From positions 585,824-649,823 of the forward strand of contig JAAOMT010000479.1 of assembly GCA_016748015.1 (NCBI GenBank): a stretch of 64,000 nucleotides of DNA, given 5' to 3'. Position numbers and translations under genes: made by a program. Shown in pieces: positions 1 to 12,486 of this stretch. Every line of letters begins with the position of its first letter. Within the stretch, counting starts at the first letter, position 1. The notes below the pieces were generated by a model. That model did not search any database and was not told the DNA's origin. It was given only the letters and a program-made list of their open reading frames with translations. The DNA is from Geosiphon pyriformis uo1 (lineage: Eukaryota > Fungi > Glomeromycota).

Positions 1-1550
1 CTGCAGCTCAGCCATTATAGAAGACAACAGACTCACAACTCCAACTCTAATGCCCAATCCAATTTCAGGAAAAAACGCCACAGCACCTCCAGTTACATCA
101 ACAGAACCAAATCTTTTTAAAGAGCCATCTGTAAAAACAGAAATAAAACTTGACCAGATCTTAAGCAAACCATTCTTAACAACAAAAAACTAATCTGAAA
201 GCAAAATATTATTGATATCTACCAAAGAATTGTTATTAGACAGTGTTGGCAAAAGAATCTTATCATACAAGAACCTCGATACTAAAATAAACCAAGAAGG
301 CACAGATCCCCTGGAATTCAGTCTTTTCCAATACTAGAATATTTGCCAATCCAGAACCTTACTGCATTTGTCTAAAAGTCTATCACAGAAAGCTACACCA
401 AATTTTCTTAAAAAACTAACCCAATCATAATACAAAAAAGACCCTAAGACACAAGAGACAGAATACTTGCCAGAATTAAGAAAAGCACTAGGCAAATTGT
501 TCACCACAGAATTATTATTGGCTAAAAGAATACACATAATTCTAGCCAGAAAATTATTAGAAACACCTACATGCAGCCTTATAGGATACTGCAGGGGATT
601 GAGAAAGACCCAACCCAAAACTTGCAAATCCAAGAAATAGTGCTCAAAAAACTGACCAACAACTCCAGAAGAATTAGAAAAACTCACGACAAAAGCAGAC
701 TTTTCTTCTGCTTAAACTTGTTTAAATGTTTTTAAACCATAGAGTGAAGGATAATAAAGCATCTCATTCAGAAAATCTCAGGACAAACCAGCCTTTAACT
801 TGAAGCCTTTCCTAACCAGAGCATCTCAGCACCAATAAACAGTAGAAAAGACAAAGTTAAACTGAGTATGATAGCTAACAATGAACTGAAGAACAGCTAA
901 TACCAAATATATAAATTGCTTGTCTGAAATAACTTTACCCAGCACCATATTGGAAAAAAACTTTGACATCAGACTGAGCTTTGGCCAAGTTGGGCTTAGA
1001 CAAACTATCAGTCAACAAGAATATACCTAAGTATCTATAAGGCACACTATGTCTAACAATTGAAATAAGCAACCCACTGATTCTGAGAACAGTATTCTGG
1101 ACCCTTTGGTTGATAGAAATGGCCACTATTTTGTCATTATTAATCGAGATATCATTAATCATAAAGAACTCACTAACAATATCCAATATAAATTGTGTGA
1201 CAGCCTGACTATTCCCAATCCAGATAGTATTATTAACAAAGGCACCAGCTGCCAAGAAAGAAGTCATTCCACCCATATTGTTTACTTTGCCTAATTTGGC
1301 CACAAACTTAGTATTAATCTGGTAGTTACATATACTCTTCTGTCTCTTAATCTTGCACAATAAAGGGTCATAGAAGATCTGTTAAAAGAGAAGGGAGAAC
1401 ACTTTATCTTGATCAAGACTATCCAACACCCAGTAATCATCCGAAAGACCAAAATCCATTATAATATGGTTCAATCTATCTTTATGAATCCTACTAAAAA
1501 ACTTAATAAATCTATTACACATCTTGATGCATTGCAAGCTAGCTTTTAAA
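1..1550 (-). mobile_element. Non-LTR retrotransposon (LINE) ORF2 fragment: RT, connection region and start of RNase H; degenerate, runs off the left edge
   Basis: Minus-strand translation gives RT motifs (GQDKVFSLLF..IFYDPLL; AAGAFVNNTIWIG = decayed FVDD; YRYLGIFL) and RNase H motifs VFTDGSL (~119-138) and IMAELQ (1-18). Stops and frameshifts are present. Homologous to the copies at 40.5-55 kb. Confidence 0.9.
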
Positions 1551-2115
1551 TTGTTTAATTTAATAATAATAATAATAACTTATTAATATTTTTAATGTAA
1601 TTTTATTGAAGTATTTTATTATTGTATTATTAAAAGTTTTTTAGTTTTTTATTACTTTATTTATATAATTATTATCTTAAAAAATAAAACTCTTGTTTTC
1701 TTTTGTTTAAGTGTTTTTATAATAAATTTTTATATTATTAATAATTATTTTTAAGCTAAAATTAGTGTTTTGTAATTTTTTAAATAATAATTAAGAAAAA
1801 TATAAATGTTGTTTAAAATATTTATAGTATAAATCAGATTTTTATTATATATTAAGTGGTTATATATCTTTTATTAAAAGATTAATAATCTTAATAATAA
1901 TTGTGTTTTATAACTATGATGAATTCCAGAAATAGATTATATTTATAAGACATAAAATGCTTTTTGGATTATTTTGTGTTAGGCAAAAAAAACAACATTA
2001 ATGTTTGTGGTTGAATTACACCATAAGCAAGAAAATAATTACATTATAAACATATTTTTTTAGGTTTGATAGTCATCATTAAGCAAATCTTTTCATCGTC
2101 CTTTTCCACCAAAAT

Positions 2116-3612
2116 ATGCAAAATAAAGGAAGAAGTTATCGCAAAAAAGCACATTCCTCAGAAGATGAGGAAGAAGGATGTAACCCTGAGAATTCAGAGG
2201 CAAAAGAGCAAATTAGAGACTCTCAGGACGCGAGGTAGGTTAGTCTCAAACCAAGACGTTAAAAGAAACTCATTTATCAATTACTATATACAAAGTATTC
2301 ATAGTCTTGTGAATAGTGAAACCCTCGAAGAACTTATTGAATTAAGAAAATACCGGAGAAGACCGCAAGGCATTGATGTTGAGAAGCTTTCTAAAGGGGA
2401 TATAAAGCTAAGAAAAAAAAAAAAAGAAGAAGACCCGTGGAAGCTAAACTCCGGTGGATTAGTTGATATCGAGGCTGTAAAAGCAACGAAAGAGTGAGTT
2501 TAATTTTTTCTGTTTAAAATATTTCTTCTATGATTAACTTTTCGATACTGTCTAAAATTTATTTCATTATTTTGAGTGAGGAAGATGATGAATCCAGCGA
2601 AAGAAAAATCATGCTTGATTCATTTACGAAACAGACAAATGCATTAGATGTTGATAAACATATGTAGGTAGAAATAATAACATAAGTGAGTATTAAGACA
2701 TGACATTCAATTATTGAATGATTAGATTTAACTAATTTTTGAAACAGGATGGCATTTATCGAAGAAGAAATGCGAAAACGTCGAGGACAAACAGCCGTCT
2801 CACAAAATGATGAAGAGGATACTGATATTAAACCACCAAATCCTGAAGATGAATTATTCCAGCCACCTGATCACTTAAGAGTAAATTTTTATTTTAATCT
2901 TGGAGATATTATATTTTTTAGATCAAAATAAAAAATTTCTTTTCATAAAATTTTAATTCTCTAGATTGAGAGCAAGCCTATTTCTGAGGGAAATGTACAA
3001 CTTTCAACAACAATGCTTACTGCTATTCCAGAGGTTGATCTTGGAATAGAGTAAGTTTCCAATTAAGAAGTTTTATAATTATACGACTTTTAATTTAATT
3101 AAATGAGAATTATTAGTGTACGGTTAAAGAATATAGAAGATACAGAAAAGGCAAAAAGGCAATTATTGGAACAACGACATCAGAAGCCAGTTGAAGATAA
3201 GACTTCGGTAATTTTATTTTTCCTTTTTTGATGTTAGGATTTTTTAATATTATTAATTTTAAAAAAATAAGGTTTACATTATTTTCCTCACTTAAAGTTT
3301 GCAGGTTCCAGCTTTTCCGCAACAAATCGATGTAAAATAGCTTTAGAAATTTGATTTTTATTTCGCTTTATTTCATTCATATTCGAATAACTTTCTCCTA
3401 AATTAGTTTATCGTAGTCGGCCTACTACCAGTGATCAGGACCGTGGACAAACCGATCATTCAAATAAGCCTTCGCAGCATCAACAACATCAACATCAACA
3501 TCAACAACCAAATCACCATCACCATCACCACCACAATAAGGGTGGTCAACGAAGAGAAATGGCCACAGATGATATTGTGGCTGAACGATTCAAAAAACGG
3601 CTTAGGCGCTAA
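2116..3612 (+). CDS. C9orf78/Tls1-like (HCA59 domain) spliceosome-associated protein, multi-exon
   Basis: ATG 2116 (MQNKGRSYRKK). GT-AG introns join exons encoding ETLEELIELRKYRRRPQGIDVEKL, LDSFTKQTNALDVDKHM|MAFIEEEMRKRRG, MLTAIPEVDLGI, RLKNIEDTEKAK and REMATDDIVAERFKKRLRR*, with TAA at 3610-3612. These are family hallmark motifs. Confidence 0.9.
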
Positions 3613-3857
3613 ATATGAAATTAAATTAGTTGTATAGCTTAATTTTGGAGGAACTTAAATCAAGATTACTACTTTCTTCTTTAGTAGCACTATGTCAAGC
3701 AACACATTAAATTTCCGTAAATACTTGGTAACTTATTATAAGCCGATTAATGATTGATTCTCATCGAAATCCTGATTGATTTTGATTGATGATCCCATCA
3801 GTATTGATATAAAATCAAAATTTTTTGAGTTCGGTCAAGGCGAGAATTTTGACAGCA

Positions 3858-6800
3858 ATGGATCAAGCTGTGTATGAAACCTTATCTCAGGTCCTCTCGA
3901 GCGATCCTAATGTGCGCATTTCCGCTGAACTTCGACTCAAAGATCTGGAAAAGCTGTCAGGTTGGGTTTTTTTTTGAGTGGTTCTATAAAGGCACAGGGG
4001 ACGCATTTATTGTTCAAAGTTAACAAAAATAGCCCTGACCCCTATCATTTGTTGTATCCAGAAAGTTTTTCCTTTTTAATTATTCAGCATCTAAATAAAT
4101 GATTTTTTTGTTCACCAGAATATCCTCTTAGCTTGTCTAAAATGATGCTAGCCAACGATGTTGATATTAATTATAGACAAATATCCTTTTGTTTCTATCA
4201 TTTCTACTTATTTTCTTTATCTCTCCTTGTCATTTTTGACTCATTTATTTTCACTCGGCAGCTGTTAATCTAAGAAAGTTTGTGTCCAACCATTGGTCAC
4301 CAAAAGCAGAAAAGTTCTTTGAGCCAGAACCTAATGAAAAGGTAGCCAATTACAATGCTGAATAAATAGGATATCCATGGACTATAGATGACTCTTAACA
4401 TAAAATTTTTCGGGCTATAGACAAAATCAATCATTCGTGAATTTGTTTATAACGGTCTTTCCGATCCTTTCACAAAAATTCGCGTGATTTCGGTATTTAT
4501 TTGGCATTCGCATTAATTTGGATTATATTAACTTGATCCAACTAATTTATTGGAGCTAAAACGTGACAGGCTTCTATTGTTTCCAAAATTGCCCATAATG
4601 ACTGGCCAGAAGCATGGCCAAATCTTGTCGATTTGTTGATGTCGCTTTTGAAAACTGGGTCCCCCAACCATGTTCATGGAGCTATGAGGGTTTTAACAGG
4701 TACCTTTGAAATTAACCTAAGGAGGGTTTAGTTTTTTCTTATTATCATGATCCACAGGATTTGATTGTAACTACAAATTATATATCTTTCAAAAGAATTT
4801 GTTACCCAAGACGTTACTGATCAGCAATTTGCTCATATTGCGCCCTTAATGTTACCAGAACTTTTAAAGATTGTCGAATCTAATGGGGTGATTTTTTTTC
4901 AAGAAAATTTTCATGATTACATTGAATACTAATTAAAATTTCCTTATAAATTAACTAGGTATATTCATATAGAACAAGGGGACGTGCGGTGGCAATTTTT
5001 CGGCATAGTCTTGAAATACTCTTTATGCTAAAGGAGGAACATCCGGAAGCTACAGATTCTTTTATCGCACCGATTTCAGCTCATTGGCTACAATTATTTG
5101 TGAACATTTTAAATCAGCGTGCGACCAATAACGAAGAGCTTGAATATGAGGCGTATTCATTAAATTTAGAAATTATCAAGGTATTTGCTAACCCATTATC
5201 TGTTTCCTTTTTTTTATGGCTTCCATGTTAATTTAGTTCTTTATTTGTCCTCAGTGTTCAAATTTATTGATACAACAATTCCCCAAACTGATTTCTCTAT
5301 ACGTGGTTCCCTTGCTGGAAGCAATATGGATGGATTTGGTTAATCAACGTGAAAGATATCCTGAATTTCGGCCATAATTTTATGAAAATTGGTTTTGAGA
5401 TTATGTCCTTGACTCTGAAATAATCGATCATCCTATCAAACACATTTGTAAATAGATTCATACGTCAAACTCAAGATGTTACCAATTCATTTCAAGATTC
5501 TGATGGAGAGACTGTAGGATTTGAATATCTTTTGTATGCACAATTCGAATTCGTGGGATTGTCCATTCGTAAAAAATCTGCCAGAAACATTTTTATTGGG
5601 AATAATGGTGAAGGAGCGTTATTAAAGGAGATTATTTGGATAATAATTTCTTACATGCAAATGACTGAAGATCAGGTTTGACTATCCAATATCTATATTA
5701 GCATTTATGTTACACATTTCAGACATAATATGACTAAGCTATTAGGTAGAAACTTGGCTAACTGACGCAAATCAATTTGTTGCGGATGATGATGACGAAA
5801 CTTATAACTTCAATGTTCGAGTTACTGCTGAAGATTTGTTAGAGGTGATTAGATAAATCCCATTTTTTGGACTTTCCACCTCAATGTTTCAACTTTTAAT
5901 TTTAACAATATTTACAGGTTCTTTTGGATAAGTTTTCTGAGCAAGCTTTTCAAGCTCTTGCAGAAGCTACCAATAAGCATTTTGAAGAATCGAATCATGC
6001 TAGAGCAATTGGAGATCCTACTTGGTGAGCTTCTCAGTCATATTCAAATATTTTTTCTACTCTTTGATTATATTATTAAGTACAATTTAAAGGTTTGCCA
6101 CCTTTCCCAAAGTTGACGAATAAATTATTGATTCTCAATTCTTATGTAATAGGTGGAAGGTTCAAGAAGCCTGCCTCAAAGCAATCGGCAGTATTTCAAG
6201 TGATTTAATTGCAGCGGTTCAAGAACAAGATAATAAATTTAATTTTGATTTGGCTGGGCTATTTAATAATGTTGTTCTGAATCATTTATCGGCATCAGGT
6301 AAGTTTGTCGTTTTGTCCTTTATTTACTTGTTGATTAAATAATGATGCTTTTTTTTCTCTGCAAAAGATCTGCCTTTCCTTCAAGGGCGAGCGTTTGTCT
6401 TTTCTAGTCAATTTGCGTCAATATTACCAGCGAATCATGCGTTTCAATACGTTAGTGCGGCTGTAGTTGCTGTTCAAAGTAATGGAGCTATTCCTGTTCA
6501 AATATCCGGATTGAGAGCACTTAAGAAGTATATATTTCGATTTTTTATCCGCAAAATTTAATAAATGCATTGGTGACTATATATTATATCTTAGTTTCTG
6601 CCGTTATCTGGAACAAAAATATTTGGTGCCACATCAAGCAAAAATTCTCGAAGGTGTCGCCAATTTATTGCGTTCCTCCACAGAAGATACCCTCATTTTG
6701 GTTCTGGAGACCCTCGAAGCTGCCATTAAAGTAAGCCGGAATAGCACGATATTGCGTAAATCTGTAATCACCACCAGTTTTCATGCGTCCTGCCATGAAT

Positions 6801-9061
6801 AGATTGACAAAGATGTGACAGCACAATACGAACATATAATAAGCCCGTTGGTCATTGAAGTATGGGTCAATCACTCTACAGGTGAAGGGCTATCTTTATA
6901 ATGGTTCAGGTTTTGTAAAGATTCTAAAGATAACTCCATCTTTTGCATGGCCTATAGATCAGCTTATCACTGCTGTCGTAACTGATCTATTCGAGATACT
7001 AGCGTCCAATTCATCTATGTATGCAACTTTCCAGGCCAGGGCCTTGCCTCCTTTAGCAAATGCCATTGGCGATCCTACGAATACGGATTTGACAGCTGTT
7101 AGCAACTAATTTTTATTGTAAAGTCTATTATTCTTATTTGGCTTATTTATCATCATTTTGATTTTCTAGTCTGCCATCGATTTAATCAGATGTCTAGTCA
7201 AGGGAGGGCCGACTCCTTTACCAGAAGGGTATGTCCAACATATATTTCCTTCTTTAATGCATCTTCTGTTAATGACCGAAGATCGTGACATATTACAGGT
7301 TTGTACGCGAGTTTTTTGATTGAAATTATCTCCTTTCCTTCATGTGCTCCCATTCTTTATTTATTATAGAGTGGCCAAGATTGTCTCAAATTCTTTGTTC
7401 AAAAAGATTGCGCGCAACTCGCTCGTTGGTAGTTAACTCCTTCTCTGGTCATAATTGTGAGCTTCAAATTTGATCTCAACTCAGGTGCCTACTATATGAT
7501 TAATTAAAAGGAACGACGGAAGCGGAAAAACTGGATTGGATTATATCATTCAATTTATTGGAAAATTACTTCAGCCTTCTGAAAGTGAATCAGCAGCCTT
7601 ATTCCTGGGGGATTTGATTGTGAAGCTCATTCATAAGGTTTTTATTCATCTATAACTAAGTCCTGATTTCGCCATTAATTATTTACATTTTTATTCATTC
7701 TTAAATCAACAAGGCTGGCGATGCCATTGTAACTGTGCTTCCCGAATTATTAAGAGCAGTCACAGCTAGGTTGGAAACAGCGAAGACTCCGACTTTCATA
7801 CAAGTAATGTTTATTTGATCGATTTCGAAAAAACCAAGTTCTTACCTCTATTTTGAAAACTATTAACCTTTATTTTTGATATCAATTCGTCTAGTCAATG
7901 GTCATTATTTTCGCACATTTAATTATAATTCAGCTTGAAACTGTTGTCAACTTTCTCTCCAATTTGGAATTTAATGAACGCAATGGATTAGAGCTATTGC
8001 TCAGCACATGGTTTGAGAACTATGAATCTTTTCAGGGATATTATAGTCTTAAAGTCAGGTATATAATATTGATTTATCAGATAGTATCACAATATTTTAT
8101 TGTTTGTTAAAATATGTCGTTTAATTTTCCATCCAGTGCTATTGCCCTCTCGAAATTATTTCTTTCCGCCGACCCAAGAATACAGAATATTCAAGTCAAA
8201 GGTGATTTGATTATTACACCAAATTCAACAAGTATGTGGTACTACCATTATTTATCAATCCTTCAATATAGTTTGGTTGCACTAATTTCTTTTTGTTAGG
8301 AATTATGACACGCTCTCGAACACGACAGAGTAGGATTGATCTGTCTTTCTTTTCGGCGATTATCCCTGATTATTAAATCAATTGATTTCTATTTTTAAAA
8401 TATAGATCCTGAACAATACACTTCCATCCCAGCAACTGTCAAAATAATAAAACTACTGATATCAGATCTTCAAAATGCTATTGAGAGTGATATTACCAAA
8501 AAACCTGATCTTGATGATGAGGATGAAGATGAAGAGGCTGGTGATACAGAAGAAGAAGTTAGTTATTTGTGTAAATTTATTTTCATTGATGATATTTGCT
8601 CTTTCAACTGACGACCCCAACTAAATTAGGATGGAGAATGGGAAGATGTTGATGACCCATCGCCATTCGCCCCCGCTGAAGATTATGTCATTTTAACAAG
8701 TTAATATCTTCTCAACTTTATCAACAAGCTATTATTTATAAAATTATTAAATGTATGCTAAAAATCAATTTTTACAAAGAATATCTAGAGAAAAATGCGG
8801 ACTTGGACGATGTAGAAAATGACCCAGATATTAAAGATGATCCGGTTTTTCAAACTAATCTTAAAGTTAGTAAAATTTTTAATTTAAGATTTTCCCTCAA
8901 TAATCTATTCTCTTTTAAAACATCTTTTTTTCTAGGAATATCTCAACGAATTCTTTCGTCATTGTGCCGCCCAGAATATAAATAATTTCCTTCAGATCTG
9001 TGACGAAAGTCTGAATCACCAAGACAAGTTAAAACTTGAAGTAATAATAATGGCAAAATAG
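3858..9061 (+). CDS. IPO9: Importin-9 / Kap114 (importin-beta family), about 25 exons
   Basis: [31 protein letters not shown] (IBN_N), [79 protein letters not shown], acidic loop, [15 protein letters not shown]; TAG at 9059-9061. Confidence 0.92.
4181..4254 (+). other. U12-type (AT-AC) minor intron in importin-9
   Basis: 5' splice site ATATCCTTTT at 4181, branch-like TTTTGAC at ~4234-4240, 3' end CAC at 4254. Removal joins YRQ|[14 protein letters not shown] in frame. Confidence 0.88.
5356..5443 (+). other. U12-type (AT-AC) minor intron in importin-9
   Basis: 5' splice site ATATCCTG at 5356, branch point TCCTTGAC at 5406-5413, 3' CAC at 5443. Removal joins NQRE(R)|[22 protein letters not shown] in frame. 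An in-frame AG at 5455 is an alternative acceptor. Confidence 0.82.
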
Positions 9062-10352
9062 CAACTTAAATTTTAATGTAAAAAATCATGTATATTAGCA
9101 TCATGATGGGAATAAAGTAGAGGCTTGAAATTAAAGCTGGGTCATTGGACCAGTAATTAAGATAATTCTTCAGTTTTAAGAACACGCATCTCAAATTGGC
9201 TTAATTGCTTGTAAATTTTTACGAAAAAAATTTTAAAAAAATTAATTCATTTCAAAATATTATAATTATCAAAACCAATATGTATATAATTTGCATTGAT
9301 ATTTTTCTGTTTATTTTTTGGATTGCAAGAAATATATTAAATATTTTTATATTATTATTTAAATTTTAGGCAATAAAACTCGGTTTATTTTATTAAAAAA
9401 TTCAGCGTATTAATAAATGTAATGAAAAAGTTCAATAATTTAATTTTTCAAACATTGAAAATTTAAAAAATTAAAATTAATAATTTTTATTTAAAGGAAA
9501 ATTTACAAATTATGAGATAGATTTTAATTCTTAAAATGGTAAAATTTTGATTTAAAAAATAACTTTATTTTATTCTAGGAGATTTTTTAGAATTTTAAAA
9601 AAATCTCAAAAATAACCTTATTCCCTTTATGGGAAATCTTAAAGGTTGATTTAGATTTGGGTTTTAGTTTCCAACTCATAATCGCGAAATTAAAACAAAA
9701 AAACGGGAAAACATTTACTCAGCATACTGAATAAAGCAAATATTCCTTCACCGAAAGTTTATCAAAAAAATATTTGTTTTGATTGAGATTTACAAAAAAG
9801 TTGTAGGTCACTTTCATTTGCTGTACCCAAATGGTAAGACTCTTTAATCGTCAATAAAATTTCTAAACTTTTGAAAATTGAATGAAAGGTAGGATTTGAA
9901 GATGAACTTTTTTCTATATGTGTTTTTATAAAAATAATAATAAAGAATTTTATTAGAGGAGACTAAAAATCCAGACTTAAGGTTTTTATCAGTTTTTGAG
10001 GCTTTTTTTTTTTATTGACTGCTAACTGATAAAATTTTATTCAAAATAAAATTGAATTATTTTGAATATTCGATTCATTTCGGTATTAATGTGTTTTTTT
10101 TTTGAGAATTGAATATTTCAGTTTATTCATCACGTAAGTTAGATTCCAAATCAATTTTCCTTTTTATATTTTGTTTTCCAAAAGAATTCGTTTTTAAACA
10201 TTCCGTTTAAGAAACATATTGCCATTATAATGTGTTATCATGAGAAATAAAATTTTATTTCCATATTTTCAAATATTTGGACCATTGAAACATTTTATAA
10301 TCCGTATACAAGACAATTTTATGTTGTTGTTGTTGTTGTCATCATCAACATT

Positions 10353-10435
10353 AAAATCAAAATCAATATCAAAATCAATATCAAAATCAATATCAAAATC
10401 AATATCAACATCAATATCAACATCAACATCAACAT
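10353..10435. repeat. 6/12-bp tandem repeat (TCAAAA/TCAATA/TCAACA)
   Basis: Directly visible periodicity. Confidence 0.85.
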
Positions 10436-10827
10436 TCCAAGAAAAAGATTGAATATTTTTAATTTAAACAATTTGTTGAAATATTTAATGTCTAGAATTA
10501 TTTGCTTTGACTAAGAACAGCTAACAAAATAGAAAATGAAAGTTTCAGATTTTTTAACAAATAATGTCAACATAGATAATTTGATGTAACAGAGAACAAA
10601 AAGGAATATTCTTTAAATGATCGTTTTAAAATTTGTATAATCAAAAATCCAATCTTGGAAAGTTCTTAAAAATCTTTAAAAACCGTGAAAAAGTCTGAAT
10701 TCGATACTATGGTAATTAAAATCTTGAAACTCATTATATGAAAAAACAAATATTAAATATTTTATGTTTTAATATTTCAAAAATATAAAAAGTCCATTAT
10801 CCTCCAAATACGTTAAAAAAGAATTTA

Positions 10828-10860
10828 AACCAACCAACCAACCAACCAACCAACCAACCA
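10828..10860. repeat. (AACC)n microsatellite
   Basis: About 8 perfect units. Confidence 0.95.
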
Positions 10861-11588
10861 CTGAAAAGTTCAAATGAATAAACAAAATGATTCTCATTAT
10901 AAAAATATTTTATCAACAGAAAAATTTAGTTCGGGATATAGCGAACTAACACTTTATTTCATTTTCAAATCCTAAAATTCTCAATGGTGATTTTTGTTTG
11001 TTGTTAATTTTATATTTGTTTTATTTCTTATTTTCCAAATATTTAAATATACCAAGTGACATCATTCATTAAAACACCTTCGATTGATCCTATTTTGGTA
11101 AAACACCACCTTTCTGCCTCTGTCGATCATACAATATTATCCTTTGTGAAATACCTTCTCCCGATAACACATTTTACACAAAGTTTTTTTTTTTTTAGTG
11201 TTCCCAAGAAAGAAAAGATCTTTATAACAAATACACAAAAAAAGATATGGATCTTATTTGATATATAATTATATAATCCTTTACCAAGCTTAATTGAGAA
11301 ACACTTGGTCTTTACACAGCCCAAAAATAGACTCGACATTTTTTTATTTGTAATACGACATGAGCCTGAAATTAGCCTTCCTAGAATTGGGAAACTTTGA
11401 ATCAAAAAGTTCGACAATAAGATCCTTTTTATATTGGCATTTCATCATTGTCAAAAATCTATGTATACTATATATGACATCGGAATCGCATTAATATCAA
11501 AATCTAATTTCGGACAAACCTAGAAAACTTTTTAAAACCACTCCGCAGAATCTAACATGTTTGGAAACGTACAGAACTATTTATAATG

Positions 11589-11589
<1 letters not shown>

Positions 11590-11664
<75 letters not shown>

Positions 11665-11675
11665 TAATAATAATA

Positions 11676-11718
<43 letters not shown>
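11590..11718. repeat. (AAT)n microsatellite with interruptions
   Basis: Directly visible. Confidence 0.95.
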
Positions 11719-12486
11719 GTCATCATCATCTTCATCATCAAGTATTTTGATTATTGTTTATTTACTATTTATCTATTATTTTTATTTTTAATAATTGAGT
11801 AGAAAAGATAAATTCAAAAGAGTGGCAAAAAATAAGAGGAATAACTTTTTTCCAAATAATCACTATGGGCCTTATTATCCCAAACCCAAACTGAGCCAGT
11901 TACTTTGCAAAAAAAGAAAATGTAAAAATCTAATGAGGCTGATATTAAGACATCACAATGAATTTGATTTTTTTTATACACGTAACACACATCTTGGCAG
12001 TGTTTGAAAATTTATCCAATAATTAGAAATTCTGAGTTATACAATCTTTTTTTCCTTGGAATTTTTTTTTTTTGGAGTCGAAAAAACAATAAATCTATAC
12101 TAATTAATTTTTTCAATTCACTTGTACTCACATGAATTTTAAAATGATGCTCTTATGAGAGAGAACCATTTCTTTGTTTGGGTTACATTTCGTTCAATCT
12201 ACCGAGATCAAAAACTTTCGGAAATAAATTATTTGGATCAAAATTTAATTCAAACCCTTTTTATTTAATTCATTTATTAATTTTTTTTATTGTTTCAAAA
12301 CTATTTTTGTCTTTAAAGTGAAGGATACATTTTTTAATTTTTAAGAAATTTTATTGTAATTAAGTTTTAAAGAATTTAGCTAAATCACAACCTCGCCTCA
12401 TTACCATTCACTCAAAAATTTAACGTTATTCAAATTCGTTAAAAAGTCTCCCTTTTAACATTAAAGAAAACCAACACTAAATCAAA

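Noticed and set aside
10240-12007. Short ORFs upstream of the membrane-protein gene
   Set aside because: Low-complexity or repeat-derived, with no motifs and no consistent splice structure.
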